NCBI GenBank assembly: GCA_021735685.1
Contig: JAIPGN010000004.1
Span: forward strand, 959-64,958
Length of the DNA: 64,000 nt
Direction of reading: 5' to 3'
From: Patescibacteria group bacterium
Lineage (GTDB): Bacteria; Patescibacteriota; Patescibacteriia; UBA2591; UBA6264
The notes beneath the pieces were generated by a model that saw nothing but the letters and a program-made list of their open reading frames with translations, was not told the origin of the DNA and did not search any database. Shown piece by piece: positions 63,900 to 64,000 of the stretch (position 1 is its first letter; the number at the start of each line of letters is the position of its first letter). The translations under genes and the position numbers were made by a program.

Positions 63900-64000
63900 A
63901 CGTCGACCTCTTCCCACCAAAAGTGAGTGGGTAAACCGCGTCCTAGCTTAGCTCGGGGGCAGGGACGATGTGGGAACCTTTTTAAGAGATATAAAACGAG
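63900..64000 (+). ncRNA. Candidate structured RNA (possibly truncated by the window edge)
   Basis: GC-rich non-coding island after TATAAT (63892); TTCCCAC/GTGGGAA and CGTCC/GGACG pairings. Confidence 0.35.

Overview
AT-rich, gene-dense bacterial chromosome segment. Its gene content most resembles a Patescibacteria/CPR (Parcubacteria-like) genome; this is inferred from core genes lacking Shine-Dalgarno (SD) sites, a VirB2-like pilin fused to a giant protein, a form III-type RuBisCO and CPR-type surface repeats. Genetic code 11 (TGA is a normal stop). Housekeeping genes: trxA-trxB-rubrerythrin-HIT, csp, dgkA, parA/parB, rpsU, mreCD-mrdA, fmt, thyX, clpB, gltX, truB, xseAB, uppP, tspO. Other notable genes: an R15P isomerase + RuBisCO pair, and two giant Cys-rich surface proteins (2445 aa and 1032 aa). 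Features the ORF track does not explain: (i) two ~350-bp fold-back elements ending in GGGGAC(A/T)GTCCCC that bracket two self-contained ORFan expression units (promoter, boxA-like motif, strong SD), one encoding a beta-barrel-like secreted protein interrupted by an in-frame TGA; (ii) further monocistronic SD-led units, including leader micro-ORFs and one apparently empty unit; (iii) REP-like TCG-loop palindromes; (iv) candidate structured RNAs at ~52.05 kb and ~63.9 kb; (v) several missed micro-ORFs. No rRNA, canonical tRNA, CRISPR array or transposase was recognised. All family assignments come from motif recognition by eye, not database searches.
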